Assembly (NCBI GenBank): GCA_964016885.1 | Contig: OZ024743.1 | Span: 11,284,001-11,348,000 of the forward strand | Length of the DNA: 64,000 nucleotides | Reading direction: 5' to 3' | DNA from: Eledone cirrhosa | Lineage: Eukaryota | Shown here: positions 21,689-34,396 of the stretch, piece after piece | Numbering within the stretch: the stretch's first letter is position 1 | How the letters are laid out: every line of letters starts with the position of its first letter | Made by a program: the position numbers and the translations under genes | The notes under the pieces: model-generated | The model's input: the letters and a program-made list of their open reading frames with translations, nothing else | Databases searched by the model: none | Told to the model about the DNA's origin: nothing

Positions 21689-22819
21689 GCAGCAGCAGTA
21701 GTAATAGTAGTAGTAGTAGTCGTAGTAGTTGTTGTTGTTGTTGTTGTTGCAGCAGTAGTAATAGTAGTAGTAGTTGTTGTTGTTGTTGTTGTTGTTGCAG
21801 CAGTAGTAATAGTAGTAGTTGTTGTTGTTGTTGTTGTTGTTGCAGCAGTAGTAGTAGTAGTAGTAGTTGTAGTAGTAGTTATTGTTGTTGTTGTTGTTGT
21901 TGCAGCAGCAGTAGTAATAGTAGTAGTAGTAGTAGTAGTTGTAGTAGTTGTTGTTGTTGTTGTTGTTGCAGCAGTAGTAATAGTAGTAGTAGTTGTAGTA
22001 GTAGTTATTGTTGTTGTTGTTGTTGTTGCAGCAGTAGTAGTAATAGTAGTAGTTGTAGTAGTTGTTGTTGTTGTTGTTGTTGTTGCAGCAGTAGTAATAG
22101 TAGTAGTAGTTGTAGTAGTAGTTGTTGTTGTTGTTGCAGCAGTAGTAATAGTAGTAGTTGTAGTAGTAGTTGTAGTAGTAGTTGTTGTTGTTGTTGTTGT
22201 TGCAGCAGTAGTAATAGTAGTAGTTGTAGTAGTAGTTATTGTTGTTGTTGTTGTTGTTGCAGCAGTAGTAGTAATAGTAGTAGTAGTAGTAGTTGTAGTA
22301 GTTGTTGTTGTTGTTGCTGTTGCAGCAGCAGTAGTAATAGTAGTAGTAGTAGTAGTAGTAGTAGTTATTGTTGTTGTTGTTGTTGTTGTTGTTGCAGCAG
22401 TAGTAATAGTAGTAGTAGTAGTTGTTGTTGTAGTTGTTGTAGTTGTTGTTGTTGCTGTTGTTGCAGCAGCAGTAGTAATAGTAGTAGTAGTAGTAGTAGT
22501 AATAGTAGTAGTAGTTGTAGTAGTAGTTGTTGTAGTAGTAGTAGTTGTTGTTGTTGCAGCAGCAGCAGCAGTAGTAGTAATAGTAGTAGTAGTTGTTGTT
22601 GTTGTTGTTGTAGTCGTTGTCGTCGTTGTTGCTGGTGTTGGTGTTGTTGTTGGTGTTGGTGTTGTTGTTGTTGTTGTTGTTGTTGCAGCAGTAGTAATAG
22701 TAGTAGTAGTTGTTGTAGTAGTAGTAGTTGTTGTTGTAGTTGTTGTTGTTGCTGTTGTTGCAGCAGCAGCAGTAGTAATAGTAGTAGTCGTAGTTGTTGT
22801 TGTTGTTGTTGTTGTTGTA
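21473..22819. repeat. Compound trinucleotide array (GTA/GTT/GCA) with higher-order unit
   Basis: Recurring (GTT)n(GCA)1-4(GTA)2-3 ATA (GTA)n module. Confidence 0.95.
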
Positions 22820-23069
22820 ATTTGTAGGCTACAAATATGTCAGATCAGGTCATTGCTTATTCTCATTACAGAGGGTCGGGGATTATGGATAATTGCACAA
22901 ATGCAACTCCGCTGGTTCCTCACATTCATCACGACCCTACATTCCCCCAGCGTTCTTCCGTCCGATCCCTGATGTCAACAGTTCAGCTTCGCCTTCATCT
23001 TACTTTCAGTCTTCTGCTATCTATGTAGTCGTGTGCTAATATAATTAATCAATTTCAAATATAGTCTTT

Positions 23070-23425
23070 GCAGTAACATTACTCGATAGAGTGCGTTGCT
23101 CGGAGATCGGAGATTTCACTCCAGGTAGAGCCGCTACTTCTCCGAATTGAGAGATCACAGCTCTGATGCTATGGACATGTGGTTAGAATGTCTAAGGAAA
23201 GAATCGCTGGACAGATTTTACCAGCAAAACCAACCGGCAGGAGAACCAGGAGACCCCGAGCAAGATGGTTGGATAGCATCCCTGAGCTTGGCTGATCTCG
23301 CTTGGGGGTCCATCCGCATCAGTTGCAAACGATTGCTTCTGAAAGGACCCGCTGGAAGAGTGTTTGAGGAATCTACCCACATGACTCTCTCGGGAATATG
23401 TGGGCGAAGAAGAAGGAAAGAAGAA
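23070..23425 (+). mobile_element. RTE-clade LINE 3' end
   Basis: LLDRVR..EI../VEPLLLRIERSQL*CYGHVVRM...PTGRR..RPRARWLD; GAA-repeat tail. Confidence 0.8.
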
Positions 23426-24120
23426 TTTTAAATATTATCGTATTAGCGAAGTGGAGCAAGTCGTAAAGCTTCTAGGGAGTTAAGATTGTTATGAAATATG
23501 GATTATCAATCAAGACAAGTTCAAATAGATTAAGGATTAGCATCCTTGGAAAAGGCAAAAAATATTTTCCACCGATGCTTCCCTTATGAAGGAATTTTTA
23601 TTTCTTGATGTATCAGACAATTGTTATCTCAACAATGTTAGCTAAAGTCACATCTGTCATGTTTATCTATGAGTTTTATTGCTGCTATCCTGGATGCTAC
23701 TGGAAGAATACAAAGATTGTTTTCTGTTCCCTATTTTCGGTGTTTTACAAAACACCATCTTGACTGCTAGATACTGACAAGTTCGCTATAACTGCTTGGA
23801 CACCTAACGAAAAGAGCTGGAAATTATTTCGTCAAGCACGCTGACAATTCCAATTATTCACCGCTTTAGGCTGATATTTTATTTTATAGAAAACAGAAGA
23901 GTGGATAGCAAAGTTGGGCCCAGTTGTATTTGAACTCAAAACGGACTAAATGTGATGGTTATTGACGCTTTATTTATTAGGTTACAGTTTTTCTAAGCTA
24001 TCACTATAATATTTAAGTGCTCAGGAGTTACACAGTTATGTAATTGGGTAAATATTTGTTCAAAATATCTGCGGCGCAATAATTATTTATGCGCATTACT
24101 TTTTTGTTATTTCATTTGGG

Positions 24121-24490
24121 TAAGACGATGGATTAGCAGAATATTTAGAGAGTAGGACAAAATGTTTTGCGGCATTTGTTCTGACTCTTTACAGTCTAAG
24201 TTCAAATTCCGCTGAGGTTAACTTTGCATTTTCACCTTTCGAGGTGAAATAAAGTACCAGTAAATTACTGGAGTTAGTATAATAAACATCCCCTTCCCCA
24301 CAAACTGTTCGCCTTGTGTCTAAATTAGAAATCATTAACTCATTTGGGGAAGGCGGGGGATTTACAGAATCGTTAGAGTGTAGGACAAATACTTCGCACT
24401 ATTTATACCAGCTCTTTACGTTTTGAGTTCAAAACCCGCTGATGTCAACTATTCCTTTCATCCTTCAGGGATCGATAAAATAAAACTGCC
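24121..24490 (+). mobile_element. Two tandem older tRNA-head SINEs
   Basis: Two A/B-box heads (24125, 24352); TCATTTGGG duplicated before each. Confidence 0.8.
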
Positions 24491-25416
24491 CTGGCCTCGT
24501 ATTCTGGTTGATTTCTAATATAAATATAGAATAACATATGCAAAGTCTCTAACAAGTAGAGTACTACTAGTAATGCCAACTAATACAAACGAGCTTCACT
24601 CGTATCTAGTCTTTAACTTCAGTTTCTGGAATCAAGAAACAATATTGACCATCTCAATAAACTAAATCAAACAATACTGGAAGAAGATTCTTTCATCAAA
24701 GGGTTCATTTGGAAGTATAAAAAATTAAATAATATTCACCTGTTAGTTAACGGAGTTTATCCATCCCAAACCGGCGTGGTATTTAAATAATATGCATGAG
24801 TACTTCGAGCATCTTAGTGAATATTTTTATATCAAGGACAATATGACGGGTTCATAATGACGCTAAACATAGCAGCCATAAAACCTGTCTATCAATTCAA
24901 CAATTAAGGAGTAGAAAATATCACACAGAAGGTTATTATATACAAAACATCTCAATGAAAAGATAGCTAAAAGTATCTTAATATCTTTATATTAGTGAAA
25001 TAACATTTTGTGTTATATATATACACACACATATATATATTTATATATATATGCCTATCGTAATTGAGCTTGCACGAGATCAGCTGTTATGCTTTAAGAT
25101 AAGGTGTCTTTATACATGTGGGGATTAGTTGTAATTTCAATTATAAGATTGTCTTGTTTATTCAACGTAATTTGTAAGATGCAAAGATTTTTCCTTCTGT
25201 CAAATAGTTTGTCCGTTTGTTTTTTCTGAGAATGTATATTTGTTTTAGATATTACTATATTACAAGTAAAGATCTGTGAACATTTGTCAGCTACGTTTCT
25301 ATTTCATACTGCCGTAGAATGAATATACATTTCGACTTATATATTAAAAGAAAAACTGTTTAGTGTCAAAATAAACAACAGACTATTTCTATTAGAAACA
25401 AAATAAAATAATATAC

Positions 25417-25490
25417 CATTAGTGCCTTGAAGAAAGTTGACCAACATTCAGTTGTAGAACTTGTGTTGAGTGCATTTCCAGCCATTATGT
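25417..25490 (-). CDS. Candidate internal exon (74 nt, xIMAGNALNTSSTTECWSTFFKALM)
   Basis: Acceptor ttcttgttcttcAG|, donor ATG|GTATAT (weak); one open frame. Confidence 0.35.
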
Positions 25491-25590
25491 CTGAAGAACA
25501 AGAATTGATTTTGAACAAATACATGTAAAAATAAACACACACGCACACACACACAACACACACGTGCGCGCGCACGCACACACGCACACA

Positions 25591-25622
<32 letters not shown>

Positions 25623-25623
25623 C

Positions 25624-25736
<113 letters not shown>

Positions 25737-26704
25737 GCAATACGAATAGTAATGTAAAATTTCAAAATACTTTTTTTTTTTTTTTTTTTATTGAACCTAT
25801 ATTTTCCAAAATGTAATCAATGTGTGTGAAGGATAATTCTCACCTTGAACCTAAACAAGAAATTGTCTTCGATTAGGAAATTCTTGAACAGCATGAAGCA
25901 GTAACAAAACATCAGCAATCAGAATTTAGTGTAGTAACATCATCGTGTGAGTAGATTACTTCTGGTGCTCGGCAATCTTTGAAGAATAATGCATGAGCTC
26001 ATAATTTAGAGGTTGGTAAATAAAGTGCTAGTCCAGGACAGGGGATTGGAAAGATTGTTATAACACCAAATGAGAGGTCTTGTTATATCTCTTTCAGCTC
26101 TTCGTTTTCTGAATGCAAATTCTCTACAAATACATTTGTGGCATAAGTTCGTAAGGGCTCTTCCAGCGTACATGACAGAATGTTCAATTCATAGTCAGTT
26201 TAAGAGTTTGTTATGGGTGTGACCGGCTATAACGCTAGACAGAGAATGGTAGAGAAGGTAATATAAGAGAACACTGAAAAAACGACAATGAAAATGAACG
26301 ACAGTGTAAGAAAAGGTTAAAGCATATTAAATTAATCTCTTATATTACTGCTACTTATTCCTTCATTTCATAAACATTAAAAACCAAGTCGATATTGGCA
26401 GAATTAGAACCCAGAACAAAAACTACATAAAACTGTAAGTCAACTCTCTTCACTTATTAAATTACATCGTTGAAAACAATATCTCACATATTGTAAGATT
26501 AAAAACTATAATACGACAGGAATCATGAAAGATAATTCATTGTTTGTTTTGACAAAAGTAAAACCAATTTTACGCTTAATTCTTTCATTCGTCTGAATTA
26601 CATGAACTTGTCATACTGTAAATGTTAATTTTTTTTCATCACATTTGTTCTATAAATACTAACAGAAACAAAATCAAATAAAATCTCATGGGTTTTGTTC
26701 AATC

Positions 26705-26776
<72 letters not shown>

Positions 26777-26783
26777 ATATATT

Positions 26784-26830
<47 letters not shown>

Positions 26831-26893
26831 ATATATATTTTTATATTTATATATATATATATATATATTTTTATATATATATATATATATTTT

Positions 26894-26953
<60 letters not shown>

Positions 26954-26982
26954 AATATATAAATATATATTTATATATATAT

Positions 26983-27014
26983 TTTTTAACTATGCACCCT
27001 TCTCTCATATTCAG

Positions 27015-27076
<62 letters not shown>

Positions 27077-27112
27077 GGCACTGAATATGAGAGAAGGGTG
27101 CATAGTTAAAAA
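26983..27112. repeat. 40-bp inverted repeat centred on (TA)n
   Basis: TTTTTAACTATGCACCCTTCTCTCATATTCAGTGCCATAT and its exact reverse complement. Confidence 0.9.
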
Positions 27113-27841
27113 TATTGCAATACAGTGTTTCTTCTCAGTGTCGATTTAATCTGAAATCTGTGGAGGATAATATTGCATTTCTTTTTAATTCAGTATTTAA
27201 TAACTTCTGATTTCTCTTAGTAAGTTATATACTTAATGGTGCGAGCATATAATTGATAAAACTTACCTGGTATTTTACTGGTACTTATTTTATCGACCCT
27301 AGAGGGATGAAAACAAATTTAATCCAGATGGTGTTGAATTTAAATAAAGAAGCAATGAAAGTTTAATATGCCTCTATATATCATATATAAGTACATAGTA
27401 TCCATTTCTTGAATAGGTACATGAGACTATGGGACGTCCGACGGGGAGATCTCCAACCCACTTTGGGGTGGGTGAGAGATGTCTTCTCTTGTAAGAATGG
27501 GTATAGCTTTCATTATGTAAGATCTCTCCATTTTGCCTCATTTCTACCCGCTTTGGGGCACTTTTGTAGATGGTATTCCTTGTATGGGTTTTAGAGGTTC
27601 ACATATATAACCTGAATCTAAAGTTTCACTTGTGTCATGCAAGAACATGAGAAAACTACAAAATGGGTGGATTATATCCGACTAATAAATACAAACTAGA
27701 AATAAAAAAGTAGTAATATTTTGGGGAAGATTTATTTTGATTTGATGATCTTTGAAAGAAACTATTAGTAACTACTGTTTAGCTAACACTCTAGTTATCA
27801 TAAATGAGTTATGCACACACCCACACGCACACATATATATA

Positions 27842-28932
27842 CCAGATAGAAAAATGCGTACAGCAAAAAAAAGTAATATTGTTGGAATATAAACCTTTAA
27901 AAATACAGGACAAGAAACTAAAATAAAACTTTAAAAGAATAGGACAAGAAACTAAGATAAAACTTTAAAAGAATAGGACAAGAAACTAAGATAAAACTTT
28001 AAAGAATTGGACAAGAAATAAAAAAATTTACAATAATATTAGTGGCAAAATTTTTATTGGTAAAAAATCGAGTTCCACATTCATAGGCTCTGGGTTCCAC
28101 ATTCAGAGGTCGTCGTCAGACCGGGGATCATTTGATCCTGGTTTGAACACCAATTGGGCCATAACCATACTCCTATTTCATCATTCGGCGACACGCCTCA
28201 TGTGTCATGCATAATGTGAATGGGCCCATGGGCCCATGAGCACATATCTTGAGCAGCAGCGGACGGTCTTGTCGTCCCGCTCATCCTTGATCTTGACCAA
28301 CCCGTCCATCTTCTCCTTGCATCTTGTCCTTGAGTTCAAGTCCGGCAGTCCAGATGAATGCGTGCCACAGCTTTCTGGTACAGGAAGGGGGGGCAGGAGG
28401 ACTGGAGGGATGACGGGACAGAGGGAGGGAGGACCGGTGGTTGAGGGAGGTGCCGTAGTCGGTGGTCAGAGTCGACATCTTGTCCCGGTCGTCTTCTCCA
28501 TCTTCGTCTGGTGTTGCGGGACCAGAAGTGCATTCTTGGAGGAGACCTGCAGCTGCATCGGCCAATTCTTCTTGCAATGGTCATTCTGACGGAGCAGAAC
28601 TGCTCAGCCAACCAACCCTAACCAGAACCAACCGCTCAGGGGCAACGCACAATGAGAGCATGACAATTATTATGCACTAATCAAGAAGATACTGGGGCAT
28701 AGTACAGGAAACGAATAAAAAAATTTTGCCACTAATATTATTGTAAAATTTTTTATTTCTTGTCCAATTCTTTAAAGTTTTATCTTAGTTTCTTGTCCTA
28801 TTCTTTTAAAGTTTTATCTTAGTTTCTTGTCCTATTCTTTTAAAGTTTTATTTTAGTTTCTTGTCCTGTATTTTTAAAGGTTTATATTCCAACAATATTA
28901 CTTATTTTTGCTGTACGCATTTTTCTATCTGG
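27842..28932. mobile_element. Fold-back transposon-like element with about 215-bp modular TIRs and GC-rich cargo
   Basis: TA|CCAGATAG...CTATCTGG|TA; each arm has about 3.4 copies of a 34-bp unit; arms nearly identical. Confidence 0.85.
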
Positions 28933-29318
28933 TATATTATTTTTTAAGGCAATGCAAGCAACAATTATCTAATAATTAAATGATCATAGTGAATTACTGA
29001 CAAGTTATTGACATTTTAAAGTTCTTTTGAGTATAATTGCAATCTAGTTGAGGCAACTGGCTTAATGACAAAGCTACGTCATTTCTGGATTACCTCCCCT
29101 AGCGTCACGCTTACTACTCACTCACTTGAACACAAGATTTATCAGCAAACTTTGATTATAAACTTTTTCCCGCTGGACCAAATTTCTAGATTTTTAAGCC
29201 AAAAGATGCGTAATGATCTACTGTTCATGCTCATATAAGTTTTATCTCAATTAAATAAAGTAGAGCCGCGCTGTACTGTCATAAACAGACGATTACCAAC
29301 GAAAACACGACCACAACA

Positions 29319-29357
<39 letters not shown>

Positions 29358-29488
29358 ATAAATCTACCAAAATATACGGTAGTGTCCAATCCGTATGAAG
29401 AACTCAATGTAATCCAAATATCATGAAAAGAGAAGATGTATTCAAAAAATGTTTCGATGAAAATCACAGGAAAACAGAGTCAAGATAA

Positions 29489-29577
29489 ATTAATAAAAAC
29501 AATGAATAAAAACCATGAATAAAAACAGAAACAGTTCCTGAACTGTTTCTTTGTTTTTATTCATTGTTTTTATTAAT
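29489..29577. repeat. Imperfect palindrome adjoining (TA)n
   Basis: ATTAATAAAAACAATGAATAAAAAC..AGAAACAGTTC-ct-GAACTGTTTCT..GTTTTTATTCATTGTTTTTATTAAT. Confidence 0.8.
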
Positions 29578-29596
29578 ATATATATATATATATATA

Positions 29597-30010
29597 TTGG
29601 TAAACGGAATAGAAAATGCTGACAAATTGTTCACAGTTGAAAAATGGTTTAATTAGGAATAAAAGAGTATTAGTGATTGTATGGGTTAGTATTCAGTTGT
29701 GGTTTTAAGTTTTTAAGTTTTTACCGGTTGCGCATTTCTAAATGCTTTTCAAAAATAATTTTGAGATAGAGTGTCCGTGCTGTTTGCTCTGATCTGATTA
29801 GAAAACTAATCAGATCAGAGCAAACAGCACGGACACTCTATCTCAAAATTATTTTTGAAAAGCATTTAGAAATGCGCAACCGGTAAAAACTTAAAAACTT
29901 AAAACCACAACTGAATACTAACCCATACAATCACTAATACTCTTTTATTCCTAATTAAACCATTTTTCAACTGTGAACAATTTGTCAGCATTTTCTATTC
30001 CGTTTACCAA
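29597..30010. mobile_element. 205-bp-arm palindrome (loop AAAA, 29802-29805) with hammerhead-like motif in each arm
   Basis: No mismatch seen between arms; TA tracts outside; TTT-TTGAAAA-GCATTT-ag-AAATGC-GCAA-CCGG-TA-AAA at 29852-29888. Confidence 0.88.
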
Positions 30011-30045
30011 TATATAATAACTTGTGTGTTACACCTCTATTCTTT

Positions 30046-30096
<51 letters not shown>

Positions 30097-30100
<4 letters not shown>

Positions 30101-30236
30101 CAGAAATAGCCGTGGAAACGGCTTCAGCTCTGACGTCGGGGTTAAACATTTTCCCATTACCCACTCTACTACCCTAAGTTTTGAGTACTCTGGTGCGTTA
30201 TGGTCCACCTGGTTCCTTACCACACCTCTTTCGTTA
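30097..30236 (+). mobile_element. Short dispersed repeat inserted in (TA)n (probable retroelement 3' end)
   Basis: Homologous to 36449-36585; both embedded in TA tracts and ending TTCGTTATATA. Confidence 0.75.
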
Positions 30237-30892
30237 TATATATATTAGTTATGATGATTTCTATATTTAGCCAAACCTCAGTTATCGGAACACCAATTAA
30301 TCGAACATAATATCAAGCCCTCATGAAATATTTAATTAGAAATTCTACTAATGACACTGGAATCATTATTTTTTATTTTTTTATTTTATACAATGGTTAA
30401 AAGGTAATTGCAATTATGGAAGAACATGTCAAATCTGTAAATGGACGTTACCGACTGGTGCGACGATCCTGTCTTTTGTTTCTAGTTATCAAACGTACTA
30501 CATTGTTGACTGGTTGTTTGATTGCTTGTTTGATCTGGAACCATCACTTTAAATAGCATTAAAATATATTAATCATATCCAATTGAATAACATGCGAGAT
30601 AGATTTAAAATCTTCATTTCCTCTAAGACTTTGTTCCTAGTATTTATATGTTACAAATAATTGAATTGATTATTGTTACCGTTTACGTGAAGGGAAAGCA
30701 AACACCGCAGACAATCGAACAGAAAAGCAAGATTTTACAATGTCTGGATCTGAGTGAAAAGGAATCAATGATTGCATAAATGTACAACACAGGAAAACTC
30801 ATGAAAATTGTGAATGTTACTTTTTACGTAATCATGTTGAATAAGGTTCAATTTTCTGAACAATCAGTTATATTTTCCTGTTATTATAATAA

Positions 30893-31076
30893 CGGTGGAT
30901 TGGCAGTATCGGTAGAGGGTCGGACGCCGTGCTTTGACGCATAGAGTTACGGCCCTTTCGATTCTGAGTTCAAATCCCGCCGAGGTTAACTTTGCCTTTC
31001 ATCCTAACGGGTTGATAAAATAAAGTTCCAGTAATGCACTGGGTAATTGCTGGCCTTGTGCCTAAAGATGAAACAA
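30893..31076 (+). mobile_element. tRNA-head SINE (young subfamily)
   Basis: Full match; ATTATAATAAC duplicated at the junctions. Confidence 0.92.
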
Positions 31077-31365
31077 TTATAATAACAATAGAAATGGTTG
31101 AATCTCCACAAGTTTCTACAGCTGCTGCCTGATAATACTGTTGCAATAAATGCTTTGTTATCTAATATCTCTGGTAGTTCTGTCAGGAAAAGTCAGACAG
31201 ACTCTAAGTAAATTAAAGCATATTTAAAATTGGCTTGCCTCTTGGATTATTCTTACTTCAAATATAAAGTGCATTTAAAATAATCTTAACTGTTTATGTT
31301 TTAAACACAAAAACACATACATGCTCGCGCGCACGCACAGATAGACAGGCGGACAGACAGAGAGT

Positions 31366-31412
<47 letters not shown>

Positions 31413-32054
31413 GGCTTGATAAACCGGCTGTTCTTTATTAGACTTGTTCTAAAAAGCCTCGTGTGAAAGTTAAAATCATGGTTGGTATATAATGAAACTT
31501 CGAGAAACGTATCTTCTTTCACATAACTTTGTCTCATGCTGAACAGGGATGTAAATCTTGGTGACGAAATTGCAAACAGAATTCATAAATCATTTTGTAA
31601 AATTACTATCTGTAACGATACATAAATTTTGACTTTAAAATGTCAACGAAATTTGCATTTTTACTGTTTTGTTGTATGTCTGTGAATTAAGGGCATCACA
31701 TTCAAAACATCTTTTAAACGATGCGTTTAGAACAAAAGTGTCTTCGACTAATTTTGCATGTATCTAAGAAAGAGTATTAGAGTGGTGTGGAGTCTTGGAG
31801 TTACCACATTTTGTAAATATAGAAGCTATTAAGGATATGAAGTCTACCTTAAATTTCATCTTAAAACGTTGAACGTTGGGAAGGAAAGTAAAATGAAACG
31901 ACAAGGTCTTTAACTCTTGGTGGAGTTATAAGGGACACGACATATCTTGAGCCTTTTAAGCCCGGTGGAGCTCATCCCCCCCCCTTTCTTCTATACACAG
32001 CTAATTTCTTCCAAAGAAGGAAAGGGAGCGAGAGAAAATGATGAAGAGAGATAG

Positions 32055-32205
32055 AGGTCGAATCGATTCCAGTACTTGTAGTTTATTTATCGAGCTCGGT
32101 TGTATGAAAGACAAAGTTGAACACGATGGGATTTAAACTCAGAGCGCAGTGATCCAGAACAAATACCGATGCATTTAATCCGATGCTCTAACAATTCGCA
32201 CACCA
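32055..32205 (-). mobile_element. tRNA-head SINE, old copy
   Basis: TTTATCGA..ATGAAAGACAAAGTTGA..GGGATTTAAACTCAGA. Confidence 0.7.
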
Positions 32206-32814
32206 GAAAATTTATTTCATAGTACACAAATGAGTAAAAGTATATTCCATGCCTCCTAACATTTTGAGGGGAAAAGCATTTATCACACAAATTGAATAAG
32301 ATGCAATTAAAAGAAACCCCACAGTTATAAATAATCCCTTTAAATGTTCAACTTGTGGCAGAGTTTTTCTTTTTAAGATTGTTCTTGTTAGCTACCCAAT
32401 GTCACATGAACTAAAGCGAGATGATGATAAATCAACCATAACTGATTCTGTAAGAGAATTATGTTAAGAGTACAAGTTGTCGAATACTCCACCGTTTACA
32501 TTGTAATTATATGAAAATACAGTTCAATTAATAGAACAAATCGTATCGTCGAAACAGTATAGTTACAAGTATAAATACATACGAACATACATACATAATA
32601 CATACATGATGGCTGTCCCCTCGTTATTGAGTATGGCTATTGCACGATATAACGTTAATAATTATTAATTAATGCTATCGTGCAATGCCTGTGCGTGAAG
32701 ATTTTTTTTAAAGTGAAGAAAGACTGTGCACTGAGCCAATCCCACTCCTTGAGCGACGGTAGCTATAATTCGAAAAGAAAAGATCAACATCATCGGTAAC
32801 TACTGAGCGGCCTA

Positions 32815-32876
32815 CATACATACATACATACATACATACATACATACATACATACATACATACATACATACATACA

Positions 32877-32934
<58 letters not shown>

Positions 32935-32948
32935 TGTATGTATGTATG
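32815..32948. repeat. (TACA)n directly abutting its reverse complement (TATG)n
   Basis: Orientation switches at about 32905. Confidence 0.9.
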
Positions 32949-33387
32949 CTCGTGTTTTTATGCCTTAGATGTGGATAGATATTTGAAAAGAGAAGGCATA
33001 GAGATTAGTGGGGAAAGTGTTAGAGAGAAGAAGAGAGCAAAAAGAACGGCGCACAATGTATGAGGTGCTTTTTTCTCTTTAAAAAAATAGTAGATAGTTA
33101 GTAATTAGACAGATATTCAGCAAGTCTGTTAAAAATTAGGAATTGTTACTCGAATACGTGCGTCTACATGACGTGTTGTCCGAAGACAGTGTACAATTCA
33201 TCAATTACCTGTCAGGTCGGCGCCTTGTAACTTAACACACTCTTGACAAATTAACTTACTGTTTAGTGAATCGTCAGCAATAGCTTCGTCATATGATACA
33301 GAGCTACATCAATGACAAAATGCGAACCTATAATCCAGAAGCTGAATATCTGACAATTTTATGTCAAATGCTGCAGTATATTTATAT

Positions 33388-33570
33388 GGCGGTGGATTGG
33401 TAGTATCGGTAGAGTCGGACACCATGCTTTCCAGCATAGTTACGTCCCTTTACGATCTGAGTTCAAATCCCGCCAAGGTTAACTTTGCCTTTCATCCTTA
33501 CGGGGTCGATAAAATAAAGTACCAGTAATGTACTAGGTAATTTGCTGGCCTTGTGCCAAAAGTAGAAACA
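33388..33570 (+). mobile_element. tRNA-head SINE (young subfamily) with 13-bp TSD
   Basis: AGTATATTTATAT on both sides. Confidence 0.92.
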
Positions 33571-34193
33571 AGTATATTTATATAGATGTTTGTGTTTATC
33601 TGTATGAGTATATGTTAGCGCACAACTGAGGTCGAGTTCTTTCTTTTCTTTTAAGGATTTATTAAGTCTTCTTATTAACCATTCAATCTACTAAAATGTT
33701 GTGGTGGTGTGTGTTTTTATATAAATCCCAGGTGGATATATTAAACATCTCACTGAATGGAGAGCTGTTTAAGTATTAGAGACTAATTAATATTTAATTA
33801 TTTATAAGCTGCTCCTCATTTGTTGAGTTGTGTCAGACGGTCTTTTGGCTGCTATTTCTAGCGTTATTATAAGCCTTAACGTAGTTCTAATACTAAGAGA
33901 CATTTGTTCACGTAACAGTTCAATTACACAACGTGTTTTTGTACAGCATGGGGGATCGGCAACTGTTATGTAAAATTTCATGATAGATATGGTCTCTTTG
34001 AATTGAAGAATACTTCCCTGACGAATTCGTGAATTCTTCATATATTGCTCTCTTCCAGTAGTTACTTCTTCCACGAATGAAACCATGGTAGGGAGATCAA
34101 TATATAAGTGGGATAGACTAACATTTTTTTTATTTTTGTCTGTCTGGGTTATACTCCCATAAATAGAGTTTTTTCACTTAAATTTAATATGTA

Positions 34194-34264
<71 letters not shown>

Positions 34265-34396
34265 GTAAGATTCTTTATGTGAAATCCTGTGTTGAAACAG
34301 ATACTATGTGTTTGGAGATTATCATTTTCCCAATTCTGCCAATAAAAACACACGCACTATTCGATTTTCACTTCACCTTTATAAAAAGTTATGTTC

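Noticed and set aside
21364-22972. 487-aa Cys/Ser and 506-aa Val ORFs (metallothionein- or keratin-associated-like)
   Set aside because: Translations of a GTA/GTT/GCA microsatellite, with starts inside a transposon end.
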